DNA of 20,000 nt from an uncultured virus (IMG/VR IMGVR_UViG_3300027733_000048). Taxonomy: Duplodnaviria; Heunggongvirae; Uroviricota; Caudoviricetes. The position numbers and the translations under genes are program-made. Where the stretch lies: IMG/VR virus record IMGVR_UViG_3300027733_000048; one strand, given 5' to 3'. Positions 15,547 through 20,000 of the stretch are shown here, in pieces. Positions within the stretch are counted from its first letter, which is position 1; every line of letters starts with the position of its first letter. Under the pieces are notes generated by a model. That model was not told where the DNA came from. It did not search any database and saw only the letters and a program-made list of their open reading frames with translations.

Positions 15547-16497
15547 TTAAGCGTTATCGATTTTTACAGATACACCTACAGTAGGTGTACTAAAAGTCCA
15601 CTGTACTACTTGTGGTTGACTGTTAACTAATGGAAATTGTGTACCGGTGTTAGGATAGATTGTTGCTTTATGGCTAGTTAATTTAACAACCCAATATGTG
15701 CCGTTTGCACTATCGGTTGCATTAATAGTCATTTCGCCTAACGCAGTAGCTGCAGAAGATTTTAATTGAGCAACAACAGGAGTTCCACTTGTGTCAGATG
15801 TATTAACTTTGTAACGATCTTTTGCAACTTGTTTAACGATATCAGCTTGTTTAGAGCTTGAACCAGTAAATGCATATGCAATGATACCTGGATCTGGGTT
15901 AGCAGCAGTACCTGTAACTGCAGTATTTCCAACCGGGCTTGTCATAACAACAGTACCTAATGTTACAGATTGTGTTGCAGTTGCAGTTGGTACAGTTGTT
16001 GAATAACCTGAACCAGCGTCAGTAATTAAAACTTCTTTAGCTTTATATGTTAATGTAACAGTTGCACCAGTAGCTAATGGGTTAGTTGCACTAATAATAG
16101 AAGTTGTGCGAGCACCAGTAGCTAATGCACCATCTGCATAAAGGAATGTACCGCCGTTAGTAACGTTAAGTGTTTGAATTACACCAGAACCATTAACAGT
16201 TGCAACTGTAAAAATAGTACCGTTACCAATAGTAAATGTATCACCTTGACTGTAATTTGTGCCGCCTACAAAAGAACTAACAGTGTTAACTTGTGATGTG
16301 ATAGTTGCAGTAGCAGCTACACTGTTTAATAAGTCTGGTGCGCCTGTTAATGTTACAGTTGGGCGAACTGTATATGAACTAGCAGCTGTTACTGGAATGC
16401 TAGCTACACCTTTACCAACGATACCATCGTCAGCAATTGTTGATATTGAACCGACGTTGCGGTTACCAAAATATTTTTTATTTAATGGACGTCCCAT
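15547..16497 (-). CDS. 316 aa Thr/Ala/Val-rich probable abundant virion (capsid decoration or fibre) protein
   Basis: Own promoter box, AAGGAG SD and downstream terminator; T-x-x-G-S-G-Y beta-repeat motifs; close to the MCP gene. Function is inferred. Confidence 0.8.
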   Translation of the reverse strand: MGRPLNKKYFGNRNVGSISTIADDGIVGKGVASIPVTAASSYTVRPTVTLTGAPDLLNSVAATATITSQVNTVSSFVGGTNYSQGDTFTIGNGTIFTVATVNGSGVIQTLNVTNGGTFLYADGALATGARTTSIISATNPLATGATVTLTYKAKEVLITDAGSGYSTTVPTATATQSVTLGTVVMTSPVGNTAVTGTAANPDPGIIAYAFTGSSSKQADIVKQVAKDRYKVNTSDTSGTPVVAQLKSSAATALGEMTINATDSANGTYWVVKLTSHKATIYPNTGTQFPLVNSQPQVVQWTFSTPTVGVSVKIDNA

Positions 16498-16504
16498 TTG
16501 ATTT

Positions 16505-16577
16505 CTCCTTTTGACGTTTTATGTCATACGCAGTGGGTCACTGCATAAGTCCGCAATTACGGCACTTATTTGACAAA
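16505..16577 (-). ncRNA. Candidate structured cis-regulatory 5' leader RNA (three-way junction with an alternative pairing); family not recognised
   Basis: AUAAGU/ACUUAU enclosing CCGU/GCGG (16569-16545); GCAGUG/CACUGC (16544-16530); UGUCA/UGACA closure (16575-16571 with 16526-16522), or the alternative UGAC/GUCA hairpin next to the SD. Confidence 0.55.
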
Positions 16578-16578
16578 G

Positions 16579-16586
16579 TATTTATC
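16579..16586 (-). promoter_or_regulatory. T4-like late promoter box (GATAAATA), overlapping the stop codon of the 190 aa gene
   Basis: GGA TAA ATAC; the same 13-mer as at 9864-9876. Confidence 0.7.
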
Positions 16587-17154
16587 CGTAGGTGATACCT
16601 ACGCCTATCTGATTTACAATAACTAAATCACGATGCGGATAAACTTGATTGCTTCTAAAACTAATTGCAACACCAAATGACTCATTAGCAACATCTGCAC
16701 TTGTTAAGGTAGTTCCCCATTGGTTATCAGCACTTCCGTATACATTTGTATTGCCAATGATAGGAATTAATGGGCTGTTTTCACCTGTATACATATTACT
16801 CTGTACTGGATCAACAGGACTAGCCATATTATCACCAATATATTCACCGTTGAGTCTAAGTTGTATGCGTAAATCTTCAATTCTTGAAAGTCGATGTACA
16901 TCTAAATACAATTCTATACCAATTACATTCAATCCTGCATCAGGAATATCAAATTTAGAAAACCATAATTCAGTAGTATGACTAAGGAATTTTTCCATCC
17001 ATAGTCCACTAACTGTATGAAGTGGTTGTCTACTAGTAATAGGATTGTCTGGTGTTAATGTGCCGTTGATATTCCACTCAACTAAAGGTTGAATTAAATC
17101 AGTGTGTTCACTATATTCGATAGTTATTTTAGGATGATAATATTGTGTAGTCAT
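16582..17154 (-). CDS. 190 aa hypothetical protein, beta-sandwich-like, probably head-associated
   Basis: Open frame between the MCP terminator and the 316 aa gene; VIGIELYL...YGSADNQWGTTLT...FGVAI pattern; no SD visible. Confidence 0.78.
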   Translation of the reverse strand: MTTQYYHPKITIEYSEHTDLIQPLVEWNINGTLTPDNPITSRQPLHTVSGLWMEKFLSHTTELWFSKFDIPDAGLNVIGIELYLDVHRLSRIEDLRIQLRLNGEYIGDNMASPVDPVQSNMYTGENSPLIPIIGNTNVYGSADNQWGTTLTSADVANESFGVAISFRSNQVYPHRDLVIVNQIGVGITYG

Positions 17155-17158
17155 AATG

Positions 17159-17166
17159 TATTTACC
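17159..17166 (-). promoter_or_regulatory. T4-like late promoter box (GGTAAATA), 4 nt upstream of the ATG
   Basis: TAAATA core lies between the terminator U-tract and the start codon. Confidence 0.55.
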
Positions 17167-17168
17167 AT

Positions 17169-17195
17169 AAAAAAAGGGCTCCTAAGAGCCCTTTT
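17169..17195 (-). terminator. Rho-independent terminator of the head operon
   Basis: AAAAGGGCUC-UUAG-GAGCCC followed by U7, 24 nt after the MCP stop; the A4/U7 flanks make it potentially bidirectional. Confidence 0.92.
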
Positions 17196-17219
17196 GTGTA
17201 AAATAAAGTTAAGTAAACC

Positions 17220-18389
17220 TTAGCTAAATTTAACGTTACCGTTAGTAATACCAACACGACCTAAATAGTCAGCAGCGTTACCTAAAGATGATGCAGTGTT
17301 AGACAATTCAACATAACCATAACGTGTCATGAACGATACAACTGGTTCAAATGTTGATGGATCTAAAACAACACCTGATGACATCAAAGGAATGTAAGGG
17401 CAATAAAACGCAGGAGCGTCTGATTCTGAACCACCTTTGTAACCAATTAAGATTGAAGTGCTGTCTTGTGCATAGCTGTTTACATACACTTTCAATGAGT
17501 TGTTTAATGTACCAACAAATTTTGTGTTAGTTGGAGCTTCAAAAGTACCTTCAGTTGTACGAGCAAAAGCTGAAGTAGTAGCTGATTGTAAAATTGTTAA
17601 TGCAAATGGTGATACAACAGCATAGTTACCAGCACCACGACGTGTACGTTGTGCAATCAAGTTGCTTACACGGTTGATTTGAACAGCTAATGCAGCGTGT
17701 TCGTCACCAACAAAAGTTGCTGTACCAGAAACTGCAGCTTGGTTATAAGTTTCAACGTCTGAACCAGCTAAAGTTAATAACGAAGTGATAATTTCTTGAT
17801 CAATCTCAGCAGTAATTTCTTGAGCCAACGCAGCCATAATTTCTGCTTCTACATCAATACCTTGTTGTGATTGAGCATCTTGAGCAGATTCAAATGTCCA
17901 GCGAGCTGACAACTTACGTGTTTTAGCTTCAACTGTTTGTTTCAAGATTTGAATACTCATTTTTTTGCCTGGTTGTCCTTCTAAAGTTGCAGTTGAAGCT
18001 GCTTTAGCATTAGAAGTTGAATCATTACCTGAATAAGCTTCTGCAATTTTGAATGGACTCAATGCTTCTTCGCCTGCTACAGTACTATTTGAACTGTCTG
18101 CATAACGAACACGCAATGTGTGGATTTGGCCAACTGGGCCAGTCATTGGTTGTACACCTACCAATTCGTTAGCAATAACGGTTGGCATTACACGTCTAAT
18201 TACTGGTAAAATTACACGGTTTAAAGTTGCAACGTTTCCAGCAGAAGTAGCACCAGCAGTAGGAGATTCTATCAAATACTTACGTGTATTTTCAAGTGTT
18301 ACGCCCATTACTGATTTTTTTGTACCTGACAAGCCTTCTAAAAGTGCTTGTTTTGTTTCTGCCCAACGGCCATTAAGTAGTTCTGACAT
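17220..18389 (-). CDS. gp23: Major capsid protein, T4 gp23 family
   Basis: LPVIRRVMPTVIANELVGVQPMTGPVGQIHTLRVRY, VEAKTRKLSARWTFESAQD, EITAEIDQEI, FYCPYIPL and FMTRYG are gp23 motifs; follows gp21 and gp22; AGGAG SD. Confidence 0.97.
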   Translation of the reverse strand: MSELLNGRWAETKQALLEGLSGTKKSVMGVTLENTRKYLIESPTAGATSAGNVATLNRVILPVIRRVMPTVIANELVGVQPMTGPVGQIHTLRVRYADSSNSTVAGEEALSPFKIAEAYSGNDSTSNAKAASTATLEGQPGKKMSIQILKQTVEAKTRKLSARWTFESAQDAQSQQGIDVEAEIMAALAQEITAEIDQEIITSLLTLAGSDVETYNQAAVSGTATFVGDEHAALAVQINRVSNLIAQRTRRGAGNYAVVSPFALTILQSATTSAFARTTEGTFEAPTNTKFVGTLNNSLKVYVNSYAQDSTSILIGYKGGSESDAPAFYCPYIPLMSSGVVLDPSTFEPVVSFMTRYGYVELSNTASSLGNAADYLGRVGITNGNVKFS

Positions 18390-18407
18390 TTAAATTCTCC
18401 TAAATTT

Positions 18408-19502
18408 TTATAGACCAGCGAGGCGGCGGATATCAATAATGTTTGATTCATCTTCGCTGCTACGGGTGGTTGTGGAAACAATCTTGTTTCCGGTTATTTC
18501 TTTAGCTTCTACAAGAGCTTGTCTTTTTTGTGGTGCTTGTTTACCAGAAATTACTGCTGGTAAATATTTTTCAAAACTTTCGTTAAGTTTTGAAGTTTTT
18601 ACACTCGTCATCAATTCGCCCATAATAGAGCGTTGTTCAGCGTTTAGAGGAGCCAACAATTCGCTCATAACTGCTTTTCTTTCTTGCGACTCTTTCAACG
18701 CAACGATTTCTGCTTGTTTGCTTTCTAATATTTGGTCAGCTTTGACAACTGCATGTGCAGCTTCATTGATGGCTAAATTTTTCATGTCTATGACTTTGAG
18801 CAATTTTGCAGTTTCGGATTTTTCATTCAAGTAGCTCGATTGATATTCAGCAGCAAACGCTTCGAATAATTTACGACCAAAATCTGTACGACGAGCTGAT
18901 TCAATATCTTCTTTTAATGAAGTAATTTCAGCGTTTAAGGTTTGACCTACAACACTTTCAACCATTACTGCTGCGCGTTTTACAAATTCTTGTTTTACTC
19001 GTTTGATTTCTTGACGACCTTCACGAATCAGACGAACTTTTGATTCGGCTACGTCTTTTTTATCTTTATAGAACTCTGCAATTTCTTGTGCAAGAGCTTC
19101 TACTACGAAGTGTTCTAATGTGCCAAATTTATTTGCCATTGACATTTGATCTTCGTGTAATTCTTTAACTTCTTGTGCTAATTGACGGGTAACAAATGTG
19201 TTAACAGTCTTTGCGCTTTCGGTCATTTTTCTAGCAAATTTAACTTTCATTTCTGCTAGTTGTTTACGATCATCTACAAATTCGCTAAGTTCACTTGATA
19301 GTTGTTCAGAGATCATACGATCTACTGCTTCAACCATAGTGTTTTTATCATGCTCATATTTTTGAGCAAATTCTTCGCGTAGTTGTTGAGCAACCTGATT
19401 ACGGTTTTCTACAATGCGTGATTCCCATGCTTGCTCAATAGACTCTTTGATCTCTGCCGAAACCACATTGTTTTCAAATAAAGTTTTTAGTGCATCCAAC
19501 AT
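18408..19502 (-). CDS. gp22: Prohead core scaffolding protein, T4 gp22-like
   Basis: Glu/Lys/Ala-rich coiled-coil sequence between protease and MCP; many [LI]-x-E protease sites; AGGAG SD. Confidence 0.85.
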   Translation of the reverse strand: MLDALKTLFENNVVSAEIKESIEQAWESRIVENRNQVAQQLREEFAQKYEHDKNTMVEAVDRMISEQLSSELSEFVDDRKQLAEMKVKFARKMTESAKTVNTFVTRQLAQEVKELHEDQMSMANKFGTLEHFVVEALAQEIAEFYKDKKDVAESKVRLIREGRQEIKRVKQEFVKRAAVMVESVVGQTLNAEITSLKEDIESARRTDFGRKLFEAFAAEYQSSYLNEKSETAKLLKVIDMKNLAINEAAHAVVKADQILESKQAEIVALKESQERKAVMSELLAPLNAEQRSIMGELMTSVKTSKLNESFEKYLPAVISGKQAPQKRQALVEAKEITGNKIVSTTTRSSEDESNIIDIRRLAGL

Positions 19503-19518
19503 ATGTGATTCTCCTGTA

Positions 19519-20000
19519 CTATTGGAGTTTGCTTATTATATTCAATAAGCTCTCTTTGAGGTATTTTTGCGCTTGAGGATCTCCTCTAACTTCTTCCGCT
19601 ATGCGAAAAGATTTAAGTCCACCTTTTGTATTCATTAGGTGTTCATAAATTGGCGTAGGGTAAGCTCCTGGTGCGCTAGGTTGAGCTACCATATCAACTG
19701 TGATAATCTCAAAATCTGAAACTTCACCGGATCCGCTATCACTAACGTTACCAGATCCGCGTGAACTGACGCCAAGTTTCACTCCACTTTCTAACATTGT
19801 TTTGATTAATTGTCCCATTGGTGTTGGTAAAATTTTAAGTTTACCGTAACCATTTGGACCTTCCATCCACATGTTAGTTATCATATGTGAAACTCGGTCT
19901 AAGTTTATTTTTAGATCATCTGGATGATCTACTTCTCCGAGCACAGAATAACCGTTTTGAATTTGATCGTTGAGGGTTTTAACAGCCTTGCTAATCTCGC
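19519..20000 (-). CDS. gp21: Prohead maturation protease, T4 gp21 family (5' end lies beyond the window)
   Basis: GEVDHP (catalytic His) and GVSSRGSG (catalytic Ser), plus TPMG and DMVAQPSAPGA. The frame stays open upstream of the GTG at 19944 (EISKAVKTLNDQIQNGYSVLGEVDHP) to the window edge. Confidence 0.95.
   Translation of the reverse strand, partial: EISKAVKTLNDQIQNGYSVLGEVDHPDDLKINLDRVSHMITNMWMEGPNGYGKLKILPTPMGQLIKTMLESGVKLGVSSRGSGNVSDSGSGEVSDFEIITVDMVAQPSAPGAYPTPIYEHLMNTKGGLKSFRIAEEVRGDPQAQKYLKESLLNIISKLQ

Noticed and set aside
3400..16490. Additional TAAATA hexamers inside coding regions (e.g. near 3405, 4341, 9363, 12455)
   Set aside because: They are expected by chance in AT-rich DNA and are not positioned at gene starts.
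534..18834. Many plus-strand ORFs (e.g. 1704..2297, 5975..6280, 16649..16981, 18439..18834)
   Set aside because: They lie antisense to long, well-supported genes, are Val/Pro/Ile-rich mirror translations caused by codon bias, and show no recognisable motifs.
19944..19944. GTG start assigned to the protease by the ORF track
   Set aside because: The frame is open to the window edge and this start would truncate the gp21 fold just before the catalytic His. The true start lies outside the window.
1..20000. Stop-codon reassignment
   Set aside because: The standard code gives near-complete coding density. Genes end in TAA (TAG for gp21) and no gene appears broken by TAG or TGA.

Overview
AT-rich, densely coding segment of a large T4-related (gp21/gp22/gp23-type) tailed phage genome. 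All real genes lie on the minus strand. Read from the right end, the window holds the prohead protease (partial), scaffold and a short major capsid protein. A virion-accessory block follows: 190, 316, 359, 110 and 342 aa proteins, two paralogous giant beta-helix fibre/spike-like proteins (1052 and 1421 aa), 109 and 118 aa proteins, and two paralogous proteins starting with CBM5/12-like repeats (1412 aa, and a partial gene at 1-501 missed by the ORF track). Four T4-late-type TAAATA promoter boxes sit at gene junctions, and there are two terminator-like hairpins. The most interesting unexplained signals are: (i) two GC-rich, structured 80-100 nt leaders that each start directly behind an identical GGATAAATACTTT box and end at a Shine-Dalgarno (candidate phage cis-regulatory RNAs); (ii) a recurring pairing of a protein with a hydrophobic C-terminal tag and a ~110 aa small protein; (iii) nested (Russian-doll) domain insertions in several virion proteins. 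No tRNA, CRISPR array, intron, intein or mobile-element gene was seen. All family assignments come from motif recognition, not database searches.
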